Below, in pieces: positions 1 to 7,703 of a DNA stretch of 52,949 nt. The notes beneath the pieces were generated by a model. That model was given only the letters and a program-made list of their open reading frames with translations. It was not told where the DNA came from and did no database searches. Source of the stretch: Polyangiaceae bacterium (GTDB taxonomy: Bacteria > Myxococcota_A > Polyangia > Polyangiales > Polyangiaceae); NCBI GenBank assembly GCA_046351395.1, contig JAXLYP010000017.1:193508-246456 (forward strand), written 5' to 3'. The position numbers and the translations under genes are program-made. Position 1 is the stretch's first letter. Every line of letters begins with the position of its first letter.

Positions 1-242
1 TGCGTGCGGTCCGCTCGGCGCTCGAGGAGCTCACCGATCGCGAGCAGGACATCCTCCGGGTGACGGCGCTCTACCAGCGCCACGGCGAGAAGCACCAACG
101 TTTGCCGAACGACGTCTCGAGCGATCTCGCGACGCGTTGGGGCACGAACAACGAGAACATCCGCGCGATCCGCAGCCGCGCGATGAAGAAGCTCGAGGCT
201 CGCCTCCGAGAGGTGCTGCACGACGACGGGGGGGCGCGGTGA
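1..242 (+). CDS. Sigma-70 family (ECF-type) sigma factor, 3' fragment (region 4 HTH); 5' end lies outside the window
   Basis: Frame-3 translation from nt 3: RAVRSALEELTDREQDILRVTALYQRHGEKHQRLPNDVSSDLATRWGTNNENIRAIRSRAMKKLEARLREVL*. This has the region-4 pattern (LTxRExxVL ... IAxxLGxSxxTVRxRxxRALxKLR). Stop TGA at 240-242. Confidence 0.6.
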   Translation, partial: RAVRSALEELTDREQDILRVTALYQRHGEKHQRLPNDVSSDLATRWGTNNENIRAIRSRAMKKLEARLREVLHDDGGAR

Positions 243-344
243 CCGTGGAACGAAAGGACGACGAGGTGGAGGCGATCGTGAGGCGCGCCGTCGGCGGGCT
301 CCTGCCGACGACGGAGGACGAGGTCCGGCGCGCGGAAGAAGAAG

Positions 345-1415
345 GTGTCGAGTTCGATGGAGAGCTGCCCGCAGGGCTCGCGTCCTTTCGACCGCGCGCC
401 GACGCCCAGCCGGCTCGAGGAGGCGCGTCGGCGGAACCATCGAGGAGCGCCGCGCCCGCCCGCGCACCGCGGTCACGACGGCGGGCAGGGTCGCGGACGT
501 CGTCTCGCTCGAGGATCGGCGCGCCCGGCGTCCGTCGGCGGTCCTCACGCACGCGGCGTTCGGCGCGCTCTGCGGGCGGCCGCCGCCGCGGCCGTCGTGC
601 TCTTCGTCCAGCGTCCTTCCAAGGAGATCGCGGGCGCGGGCCGCGCGGACGATCGCTCCCCGGGAGCGAGCGCGCAGACACACGCCACGCCAGCGCCGAG
701 CGCCGATCCCCCTCGGATCCAGGTCCCGGCGGGGCCCGCGTGCGCATCGAGCCCGACCGAGTGCCCCTCGGGCCGGGCGTGCGTTCCGACCTCGATGGAC
801 GAGATCAGCGCGAGCCGCTATCGCCTGAGGGTCGGTGATTTCGCGCCGACCGAGATCGGGAAGGAGGCGCTCTCGCGGGGACCCATCGACGTCTGCGCGC
901 GCGTGGGCGCCTCGGAGATCGCGTGCCGCCCGGCGCGCATCGGAGAGACGAGCAGCATGGTCGTGCTGCCGATCACGTTCAGCGGCAGCGAGGGCCTCTC
1001 CGGTGTCACGATCGACGTGCGCTTCCGCGGCGCGCAGGTGCCCATCGGACAATGGTCCGGACCGCTCGGCCTGTCCGCGAAGGGCCTCTGCAACGGTCAG
1101 CTCGTCGAGCCGACGCAGCCCGGGGGAGACAAACTCGGGACCATCTCACTCTTCGCCGACGACGCGACGTACGTCGAGGTCGGTCGCGCCGCGACGAGCA
1201 CGGACGCGGAGGCCATCGGCGCCGCGTTCGACACGCCGCTGCCCCTCCGCCTGTTCGAATCGAGCCGCCTTGGACCGGAGAAGTTCGTGGTCGCGTTCGG
1301 GCCCGTCACCGTCGTGGAGGCCGAGCGGATTCGGTGGGCGGTGAACGACGGGGGCGGGCACGCGACCGTGTCGCTCGGAGCAGACTTCCTTGGGGCTCCT
1401 CGCGCGCTTCGCTGA
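345..1415 (+). CDS. Membrane-anchored protein downstream of the sigma factor (anti-sigma candidate); N-terminal frame and start uncertain
   Basis: A GTG at 239 overlaps the sigma stop (GTGA) and opens a frame-2 ORF that decays into Arg-rich sequence. The convincing protein-like sequence is in frame 0: a hydrophobic segment RALRAAAAAAVVLFV, then a ~280-aa non-Arg-rich domain (CPSGRACVPTSMDEISASRYRLRVGDFAPTEIGKEAL...VAFGPVTVVEAERIRWAVNDGGG). The last ~9 codons fall inside repeat copy A. Confidence 0.45.
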   Translation: MSSSMESCPQGSRPFDRAPTPSRLEEARRRNHRGAPRPPAHRGHDGGQGRGRRLARGSARPASVGGPHARGVRRALRAAAAAAVVLFVQRPSKEIAGAGRADDRSPGASAQTHATPAPSADPPRIQVPAGPACASSPTECPSGRACVPTSMDEISASRYRLRVGDFAPTEIGKEALSRGPIDVCARVGASEIACRPARIGETSSMVVLPITFSGSEGLSGVTIDVRFRGAQVPIGQWSGPLGLSAKGLCNGQLVEPTQPGGDKLGTISLFADDATYVEVGRAATSTDAEAIGAAFDTPLPLRLFESSRLGPEKFVVAFGPVTVVEAERIRWAVNDGGGHATVSLGADFLGAPRALR

Positions 1416-1623
1416 GCTGCTTCTCAGGCCGGTTTGGGGTGGCCCGTGAGGTGTCCCATCCCGCCTTCTCGGACGCCCACGCATGGCGCTTGGCGCCGGC
1501 CTTGCCGTTCCAAGTGAAGCGGACCTCGATGAGCCTCTCTGGCTCGCCGTGGACCACCGGATAGTAGTCGTGGAACTGGATGTCGAACACGGTGGAGACC
1601 GGCTCGGACGGTTCGTCGATCAC
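1306..1623 (-). pseudogene. Decayed partial duplicate of the 3' end of the methyltransferase gene at 4242..5039
   Basis: The minus-strand frame encodes ...FDIQFHDYYPVVHGEPERLIEVRFTWNGKAGAKRHAWASEKAGWDTSR.... This aligns to the methyltransferase C-terminus ...YLVPLIPFLFAWDGTVSALRAYAPEELLDIARGVPGTERYAWASEKGGMGLYLTGRPKAS*. Nucleotide identity is ~85% over ~115 bp (1388-1499 vs 4204-4322), with weaker similarity and indels extending to ~1650. The hydrophobic segments are lost and the frame is shifted relative to the intact copy. Confidence 0.35.
1388..1499. repeat. Direct repeat copy A (~115 bp), paired with 4204..4322
   Basis: cttggggctcctcgcgcgcttcgctgagctgcttctcaggccggtttggggtggcccgtgaggtgtcccatcccgccttctcggacgcccacgcatggcgcttggcgccgg aligns with cttgtgggctcctcgcgcgcttcgacgagctcctccctcaggaggccttggggcggcccgtgaggtagaggcccatcccgcccttctcggacgcccacgcatagcgctcggtgccgg. 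Both copies are in the same orientation and flank the 1781..3994 gene. Confidence 0.8.
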
Positions 1624-1780
1624 CGTCGCATCTTCGAAGTCGGGGCGAGGGAACTCCGCGCGGTGGACGTTCGCTTCTCCAGGCGTTGCCCATCGGACGA
1701 GGCGCGCCCCTCCGACGTCGGCAGGTCCGCCGAGGCGTGTCGGCGCTCGGGGCCGTCCTCGCGCCCGAGGTGAGGCGAGC

Positions 1781-3994
1781 TCACAGTCGCAAGATCGAGA
1801 GGAGGTTCGCGTAGTCGTCGGTGAAGGGGCGCGCGCCGGTCGGCGCGGCCGACCAGCCGAGCGCCTCGAGCGCGGCGCGCCTTTTGGGGGCTCGCGTCGC
1901 CGCGATCCAGCGGCTCGGGAGCGCGAGATCCTCGTCCGCTGCGGACCTCGCGCAGAGGAGGGGCGGCGCGCCCAGCGCGTCCAGCGCGGCGGCGAGCGGC
2001 CCCGCGAGATCGTAGAACCGGTTCGAGATCTGCACGGCCAGCACGCCATCGGGGGCGAGGACGCGCAGCGTGTCGGTGAGCGCCTCCATCGTGAGGAGGT
2101 GCACTGGGAGCGAGTCGCTCGAGAAGGCGTCGACGACGACCAGCGCGTACCTCTCGTCCGGCTCTGCGCGGAGCGAGAGGCGCGCGTCCCCCAGGACGAT
2201 CCGCGGGCGCTCCGGCGCGTCCGACACGTACGTGAAGAGGGTCGGGTTCGTCGCGATCGTGACGACGACCGGATCGATCTCGAAGAACGTCATCCTCACG
2301 CCGGGCTGGTCGTACGCGGCGAGCGTGCCCGCGCCGAGCCCGACCACCGCGACGTCGCCGCGCGCCTCCGCGTCGAGCGCGACGCCGAACACGTCCGCGA
2401 TCGGGCTACCTGGAGCGAAGTACGCCGTCGGCCGACGGCGCTTCTCCTGGGCCGTCCACTGCGATCCGTGCACCGTCGTCCCGCTGTAGAGGGTCGCGAC
2501 CTCGCCGCCCCGGGTCCGTCGGACCTCGCTCACGCCGAAGAAGCTCCGCCCGCGGTACGCCACCCCGGTGCGCAGCCCGAACGCGCCGATGACGAGCGCC
2601 GTGGCGGTCGTCGCGACGAGGATCCACGGTCGCGTGCCGAGCAGGAGCAGCAGCCCGCCGACCACGAGCGACAACAAACCGATCTGGCGATCCCTCCCGC
2701 CGTCCCGGACGAGGATCACGGCGAGCACGCCCGCGCCGAAGACGTAGGGACCCAGGCGCCCGGCGAACTCTCCGAGGATGGATCGGAGGTCCTGCCCGCG
2801 CGCGCCCCAGGCGTCTCGGTGGAGCGCGACCGCGACGAGCGCGCCGAGGAGAAGGATGGGGTACTCCCAGATGTCGGGGAACGCGCGCGGCGCCACGAGC
2901 GCGACGAACATCGAGCCCAGCGCGCCCCCGACGGACACGACGACGTAGAACTCGGTCGCTCGCGCGGGATCGGGGCGATCCCGCGCGAGGAGCCCGTGGA
3001 GCGCCACCACGACGACGCCGAACGCGACGAGCATGATCGGCAAGAGCGCGAGTACGGGCCCGGTCGACGCGCCGTAGAGGACCCAGAGCAACGTGATCAT
3101 CGCGGGCGCCGCGACGATCGCCCAGCGGACGACGCGTCGGGTCGAGAACGCGACGATGAAGGAGCCGATGTAGAGCGCGAGCGGCACGACCCAGACGAGC
3201 GGCGCCGCCACGAGATCCGTCGACAGGAACGTGGTCACCGCGGAGAGCAATCCCGAAGGGACCGCGGAGAGGAGCAACCAGCGCGCGCGCCGTCGATGCG
3301 TGATGCGGGGGGGCTCGGCCCGGGCCTCGTCCAGTGTGGCGCGGGACCCGGTCGGCGAGAGAGCGCGCCCCCTCCACCTGGTGACCGCCGCGAGCGCGAG
3401 CGCCAAGACGAGCGCGGCGTACGCCGCGAACCACGCGTGGCGCTGCGCGCGGAGCCCGAGGCGGGGCTCGACGAGGAGAGGGTAGGCGAACAGCGCGAGC
3501 ATCGAGCCCGCGTTGCTGATCGCGTAGAGCCAATAGGGATCGCGCTCGCCCTGCGGTCCGAGCGAAGACCGATACCAAGCCGAGAGCAGCGGGGTGGTCG
3601 CGGTGAGGACGAACAACGGCAGCCCGATGACGACGACGAGCAGCCGGAGCAGCTCCAGCGCGGCGGGGAGCGACCCGATGCCGAGATCGGAGAGGCGATC
3701 CGGGACGAGGAGCGACAGCGCGAGCCCGAGCGACGCGAGCCCCATGTGCACGATCGGCCCCCAACGACCGAGCCGCGTGATCGAGAGGTGCGCGTAGACG
3801 TAGCCCGCGACGAGGCAAATCTGGAAGAAGCAGAGCGCGGTAGCCCAGACCATCGGCGCGCCGCCGAAGACCGGCAGGAGGAGCTTTCCAACGAGCGGCT
3901 CCACGCTGAACAGCAAGAACGCGGAGAGCCCGATCGACACGGCGAAGGGCGCGGTCGTGCCGAGCGTCGTGGAGCGGGGGGGCGGAAGCGGCAC
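1781..3994 (-). CDS. Fused multi-TM (MFS-like) / spermidine-synthase-like polyamine aminopropyltransferase family protein
   Basis: The C-terminal domain carries the spermidine-synthase (SAM-MTase fold) signature: VAVVGLGAGTLAAYDQPGVRMTFFEIDPVVV...RIVLGDARLSL...YALVVVDAFSSDSLPVHLLTMEALTDTLRVLAPDGVLAVQ. The N-terminal ~500 aa is a run of hydrophobic helices. Stop TGA at 1781-1783 (...DDYANLLSILRL*). Start assigned to a GTG at ~3994 (VPLPPPRSTTLGTTAPFAVSIGLSAFLLF...); this is uncertain, and an alternative is the Met at ~3853. Confidence 0.75.
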   Translation of the reverse strand: MPLPPPRSTTLGTTAPFAVSIGLSAFLLFSVEPLVGKLLLPVFGGAPMVWATALCFFQICLVAGYVYAHLSITRLGRWGPIVHMGLASLGLALSLLVPDRLSDLGIGSLPAALELLRLLVVVIGLPLFVLTATTPLLSAWYRSSLGPQGERDPYWLYAISNAGSMLALFAYPLLVEPRLGLRAQRHAWFAAYAALVLALALAAVTRWRGRALSPTGSRATLDEARAEPPRITHRRRARWLLLSAVPSGLLSAVTTFLSTDLVAAPLVWVVPLALYIGSFIVAFSTRRVVRWAIVAAPAMITLLWVLYGASTGPVLALLPIMLVAFGVVVVALHGLLARDRPDPARATEFYVVVSVGGALGSMFVALVAPRAFPDIWEYPILLLGALVAVALHRDAWGARGQDLRSILGEFAGRLGPYVFGAGVLAVILVRDGGRDRQIGLLSLVVGGLLLLLGTRPWILVATTATALVIGAFGLRTGVAYRGRSFFGVSEVRRTRGGEVATLYSGTTVHGSQWTAQEKRRRPTAYFAPGSPIADVFGVALDAEARGDVAVVGLGAGTLAAYDQPGVRMTFFEIDPVVVTIATNPTLFTYVSDAPERPRIVLGDARLSLRAEPDERYALVVVDAFSSDSLPVHLLTMEALTDTLRVLAPDGVLAVQISNRFYDLAGPLAAALDALGAPPLLCARSAADEDLALPSRWIAATRAPKRRAALEALGWSAAPTGARPFTDDYANLLSILRL

Positions 3995-4203
3995 CAGGCG
4001 CCGCCATGCTATCGGGTCTCGGGGACCGGGGGCTCCTCCGCACGCTGGTACGAACGTACCTGAGCGGATCGCCGCCGCACCTGGTGGCGAATCCCGCGCT
4101 GGACCGGACCTTTTTGGACCCCGCGCGATGCGCAAGCCAATGACCGCGCAAGGATGGTTCGAATGTCCAATGAGTCCACCGAGGGGCGTGCCGCCCGGAG
4201 CGT

Positions 4204-4322
4204 TCTTGTGGGCTCCTCGCGCGCTTCGACGAGCTCCTCCCTCAGGAGGCCTTGGGGCGGCCCGTGAGGTAGAGGCCCATCCCGCCCTTCTCGGACGCCC
4301 ACGCATAGCGCTCGGTGCCGGG
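4204..4322. repeat. Direct repeat copy B (~115 bp) inside the 3' end of the methyltransferase gene
   Basis: See the feature at 1388..1499. This copy also contains a small hairpin, cctcc-ctca-ggagg, at ~4235-4250. Confidence 0.8.
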
Positions 4323-5039
4323 GACCCCGCGCGCGATGTCCAGGAGCTCCTCGGGCGCGTACGCGCGGAGCGCGGACACCGTCCCGTCCCACGCGAAGAG
4401 GAACGGGATGAGCGGCACCAAATAGGTGAGGAGCCAGCGCGACGCGCGCACCGGACGCACGAGCGGGACGAGCGCAAACGGCAGCGTGAAGAGCACGAGC
4501 GCGTTCGGCAAGAGCGCAAACGGCGACAGCGGCGCGGGCATCTTGCGCATCATCGGGTTCGCGGCGACGTCGAAGAACGCGACGTGCGCGCCGCTCGCGA
4601 CCGCATCCGCGAGGAGCGAATGGATCGCCTCGGGCGGGAAGTGGTGGAGCGCCCCGAACATGGTCCGCAAACCTCGGAGATCGGAGGGGACGTGCATCGC
4701 GTCGACCGGCTCGCCGTGCACCGCCACGTTCGCGAGTCCCCGCGTCCGCCCGATGGTCGCCTCATTGGGGTGCCGATCGGTCAGCAGGAACCGCACGTCC
4801 GTCCGCCCTCGCGCCGCGAGCGCCCTCGCCATGAAGAGCGCCCCTCCGCCGCCGCCGGAGCAGAGGTCGACGACCTGCTGCCCGCCGCTCGCGTCGATCG
4901 CGCGCTCGAGGACGTCGACGAGCGGCTGGTAGAACTTCACCAGCCCGAAGAAGGTATCCAAGAGGTCCGTCCCGCCGTCTCGAATCGCGCCCGGCATCCA
5001 GTCGAGATCCTCGAGCTCCACGAAGTGCACGCGTCTCAT
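4242..5039 (-). CDS. Class I SAM-dependent methyltransferase with a C-terminal membrane segment
   Basis: Motif I VVDLCSGGGGGALFMARAL and post-I acidic residue in RFLLTDRHP. The C-terminus is hydrophobic (LLPNALVLFTLPFALVPLV...LTYLVPLIPFLFAW). ATG (cat on the + strand) at 5037-5039 gives MRRVHFVELEDLDWMPG...; stop at 4242. Confidence 0.8.
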   Translation of the reverse strand: MRRVHFVELEDLDWMPGAIRDGGTDLLDTFFGLVKFYQPLVDVLERAIDASGGQQVVDLCSGGGGGALFMARALAARGRTDVRFLLTDRHPNEATIGRTRGLANVAVHGEPVDAMHVPSDLRGLRTMFGALHHFPPEAIHSLLADAVASGAHVAFFDVAANPMMRKMPAPLSPFALLPNALVLFTLPFALVPLVRPVRASRWLLTYLVPLIPFLFAWDGTVSALRAYAPEELLDIARGVPGTERYAWASEKGGMGLYLTGRPKAS

Positions 5040-5154
5040 GGCCCGGGAGGATAGGGTCGTTCCTGCGCCGGAGAAGCGCGGCAGATCGCCGCGCCGGTGC
5101 GCTCTTGTCAGCCTCGGCCGCCCCGGCCGTCGTCTCCCCGCGAGGAGGTCAGCC

Positions 5155-5511
5155 ATGTCGGCTGCACGAAGGAGCTCGCTCGCTGCGGCGCTCACGCTCG
5201 CCGTGGTCCACGCGAACGAGGCGAACGCCGAGGAGCCGTTCCCGATCATTTCGCTCCGCGACGCGACGGTCGGCGTCGGTTCGACGGGAGCGCCCGCAGG
5301 GTGGATCGCGCTGCCGACGCTCGCGCTCTCGCCCTCGGGCGGGTCGAGCCTGCGCCCCGTTCTCGAGATCGACGCGATCGACGTCCAGCGCGGCGCCGTG
5401 GTCCCGATCCTTCGCCTCGAGCTGAAGCTCCCCGTCGCGGACTTCGTGCTCGACTGGAGCCCCGACCCCGCCCTCGGGACTCACGCCCGCCTCCGCGTGT
5501 CCCTGAATTGA
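5155..5511 (+). CDS. Small secreted protein (118 aa), function unknown
   Basis: SD gaggagg at 5143-5149 lies 6 nt upstream of ATG 5155. Signal peptide MSAARRSSLAAALTLAVVHANEANA. Stop at 5509-5511. Confidence 0.7.
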   Translation: MSAARRSSLAAALTLAVVHANEANAEEPFPIISLRDATVGVGSTGAPAGWIALPTLALSPSGGSSLRPVLEIDAIDVQRGAVVPILRLELKLPVADFVLDWSPDPALGTHARLRVSLN

Positions 5512-5647
5512 CCGCTCGCCGCTCCGCCGCGCTGAATTTCGCGCCCGCCCCTCGGAGCGTCGTTCGCAAACCTCGGAATTTCGACCTCCCGACCAGCACG
5601 AAAGCCGCGAGAGGGATTTCATTCCGAGCTCGTCACAACGCGCACCG

Positions 5648-6859
5648 ATGCGACTCCGAAGCGCGCTCCTCCCCGCCTTGGGTGTATTGTCTGTCGCGTG
5701 TGGGGGCGGCGCCTCACCTCGTGTGCAGGAGCCGAAGCCGACTGGGCAGTGGCGGGGATCATCGACTGGGCAGTGGACGGGATCCCCGACCGGTGTGCCG
5801 TGGGGTGGCTCCATCGTCGCGGGCGGCCTTGCGATCCTGCGGAGCGGCGCGTGTCCGCTCACGGAGATCGCGCCGGGGCAGTGGGCCCAAGCGGCGTGCG
5901 CGCCCATCGTCCAGTTCAAGAACGCGCTGCCCTATCGGGCGCCACCTTTCGTGGCGAGCGCGCTCCCCGCCTATGTAGACCACCGCGCCTCGGGGCTCGA
6001 GGGCCCCGTGAAGAACCAACAGAACGTGGGCGCGTGCGGCGCCTTCTCCGTCACGACCGCGATGGAGAACGCGCTCCGCAAGCAAGGCCGGCAGGACGTC
6101 CTCTCGGCGCTCCATTACTACGTGAAGTACGGCACGGTCGCCGGCACCGGCGAGAACGGCGACGCGATCACCACGGACGCCGTCTGGCCGTACGACCCCG
6201 TGAAGGCATGCCTCTTGTCGCCCGACGAGGGCGGGGACACGTGCGATCAGGACTTCGGCGTCGTGCGGGGCGGCGGTCGCGGCGATCCGCGGTTGCGCGC
6301 CGAGCAGGCGAACGCAGACAGTCGCGGGCTCGTGCGGCTCGACCGCGCGTGGAGCATCGATCCCCGGGACGTAGACGCCATCGCGGCGATCCTCGCCGCC
6401 GGCGACGACGTCGACGCGACCTTCGCGTTCGATCGGGATGCGTGGAGCTACCGGGGGATCCAGAGCGGCGTCTTCAGCCACTACCAGGGCCCCAAGGACT
6501 ATGGTCATGGCGTCGTCCTCGCGGGGTATCGCTGGGTGAACGGAGAGCGCCAGTTCCTCATCCACAACAGCTGGGGCGCCGACTGGGCGGAGAGCGGCTA
6601 TGCGTGGATGGCGGAGAGCGACGTCCGCGCGAACCTTTGCTCGGCCTACAAGATCGATCTCGCCGAAGCGGGGACGCCGCGCCGGCCCGAGGAGACGGCG
6701 CACTATTGTCCGGGCGGGCTCCCTCCCATCGGCAACCAATGTATCCCCCTCCCGCAAGCCTCGACCGCGTGTCCGCCGGGCACGATCGGCCTTCCGGGTC
6801 TTTGTCTGCCCACCGGGGGCATCAATCCCCTCGGAGACCTCGCGCCAGGTGCGCCGTGA
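5648..6859 (+). CDS. Papain-like (C1 family) cysteine peptidase lipoprotein
   Basis: Lipobox LSVAC-GG. Catalytic residues are present in papain-like context: Gln/Cys in QQNVGACGAFSV, His in HGVVLAGY, Asn in NSWGADWAESGYAWM. Confidence 0.85.
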   Translation: MRLRSALLPALGVLSVACGGGASPRVQEPKPTGQWRGSSTGQWTGSPTGVPWGGSIVAGGLAILRSGACPLTEIAPGQWAQAACAPIVQFKNALPYRAPPFVASALPAYVDHRASGLEGPVKNQQNVGACGAFSVTTAMENALRKQGRQDVLSALHYYVKYGTVAGTGENGDAITTDAVWPYDPVKACLLSPDEGGDTCDQDFGVVRGGGRGDPRLRAEQANADSRGLVRLDRAWSIDPRDVDAIAAILAAGDDVDATFAFDRDAWSYRGIQSGVFSHYQGPKDYGHGVVLAGYRWVNGERQFLIHNSWGADWAESGYAWMAESDVRANLCSAYKIDLAEAGTPRRPEETAHYCPGGLPPIGNQCIPLPQASTACPPGTIGLPGLCLPTGGINPLGDLAPGAP

Positions 6860-7703
6860 GCTCGGTCGCGACGCGCGTGTGGAGCTCGAGCACGGTGAAC
6901 CAATCGATGAGCTCGATGCGGAGCGCGCTCACGGCCGACGCGGCCCGCGCCGTGTGCGCGCGGGGGACCTCCGCGAGCGCATCGAGGAACCCCATGTCCG
7001 TCCCCGCTCCGACGGTCGCGCGCTCGCCGCGCGCGGTCTCGCACTCGACGAGCCCCGCGGTGACGCGGATCCAGTGGTTCGCGACATCTCCCGCGCTCCA
7101 GAGGACGTCGCCTCGCTGAAACCGCACGTCCGTGGACGCGCTCGCGATCTCCGCGAGGCCCTCCACGTTCGCGCGCGCGATGGGCGATCTCCGGAGCTGG
7201 ATGACCCGCTCCACGACCGTCAGCTCCTCGTCCCGAAACGTGCCGTGCTCCGGCGGATCGGAGCGATTGGGCAATGGCCCGCGCTCCGCGAGGAGGTCCC
7301 GCGCGAGGCCCCGCAGCACGAAGCGCTGGAGCGCGAAATCCCGTTGGAGCGCGATCCGGACCGCGTCTCCGGGGATCTCGAGCGCGAGCGTCCGTGCCTC
7401 CGTCGTCGCGCTCAGGTGATCGCGCTCCGTGAGGAGCGCGGTGAACCCGAGCGCGCGCTGGCTCTCCACGCGGCCGACCAGGGTGCCTTCGTGCTCCACG
7501 CGCACGCTCCCCTCGAGCACGTAGAGCACGGACGTGATCGGATCGGTCGCGCGCCAGATCACCGCGCGCGGCCGAAACCGCCGGTAGCGGGAGCGCTCCG
7601 CCATGAGCAGGAGAGTGTCCACGCTGACCGATCGAAGATCGGGCATCGAGCCGAGGAGGCGGGCGCGCGCCTCGACGCTCGCGAGCTCGGGCTCAGCTTG
7701 CAT
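6822..7703 (-). CDS. Tandem cyclic-nucleotide-binding (CAP/Crp-effector-like) domain protein
   Basis: Two cNMP-binding-like units (LLGSMPDLRSVSVDTLLLMAE...AVIWRATDPITSVLYVLEGSVRVEH and ...FQRGDVLWSAGDVANHWIRVTAGLVECE) with no DNA-binding HTH. The start overlaps the stop of the upstream transporter gene by 11 nt; the 3' end overlaps the peptidase 3' end by ~38 nt (convergent). Confidence 0.8.
   Translation of the reverse strand: MQAEPELASVEARARLLGSMPDLRSVSVDTLLLMAERSRYRRFRPRAVIWRATDPITSVLYVLEGSVRVEHEGTLVGRVESQRALGFTALLTERDHLSATTEARTLALEIPGDAVRIALQRDFALQRFVLRGLARDLLAERGPLPNRSDPPEHGTFRDEELTVVERVIQLRRSPIARANVEGLAEIASASTDVRFQRGDVLWSAGDVANHWIRVTAGLVECETARGERATVGAGTDMGFLDALAEVPRAHTARAASAVSALRIELIDWFTVLELHTRVATELTAHLARGLRGD

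Noticed and set aside
239-838. Frame-2 ORF from the GTG overlapping the sigma-factor stop as the anti-sigma N-terminus
   Set aside because: It becomes Arg-rich and low-complexity after ~45 codons. It may be a real N-terminus joined to the 345..1415 frame by a frameshift, but this cannot be resolved from sequence alone.
1580-4063. Very long ORFs on the opposite strand of real genes. Examples: 1580..4063 +, 2406..4151 -, 8042..10027 -, 10620..12167 -, 14519..16600 -, 21144..23006 -, 25560..27530 -, 36845..37960 -, 38956..40461 -.
   Set aside because: Extremely Arg/Ala/Gly/Pro-rich with no domain-like motifs. These are typical shadow ORFs caused by a third-position GC bias of >90% opposite genuine genes with clear family signatures.
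4140-4165. tRNA-like T-loop fragment ggttcgaatgtcc
   Set aside because: The flanking sequence does not form a T-stem (two mismatches), and there is no acceptor or anticodon-arm structure. It also lies inside the 3' UTR/repeat region.
5155-5511. Chagasin-type cysteine-protease inhibitor assignment for the small secreted protein
   Set aside because: None of the chagasin signature motifs (NPTTG, GxGG, RPW/F) are present; only the genomic adjacency argues for an inhibitor role.
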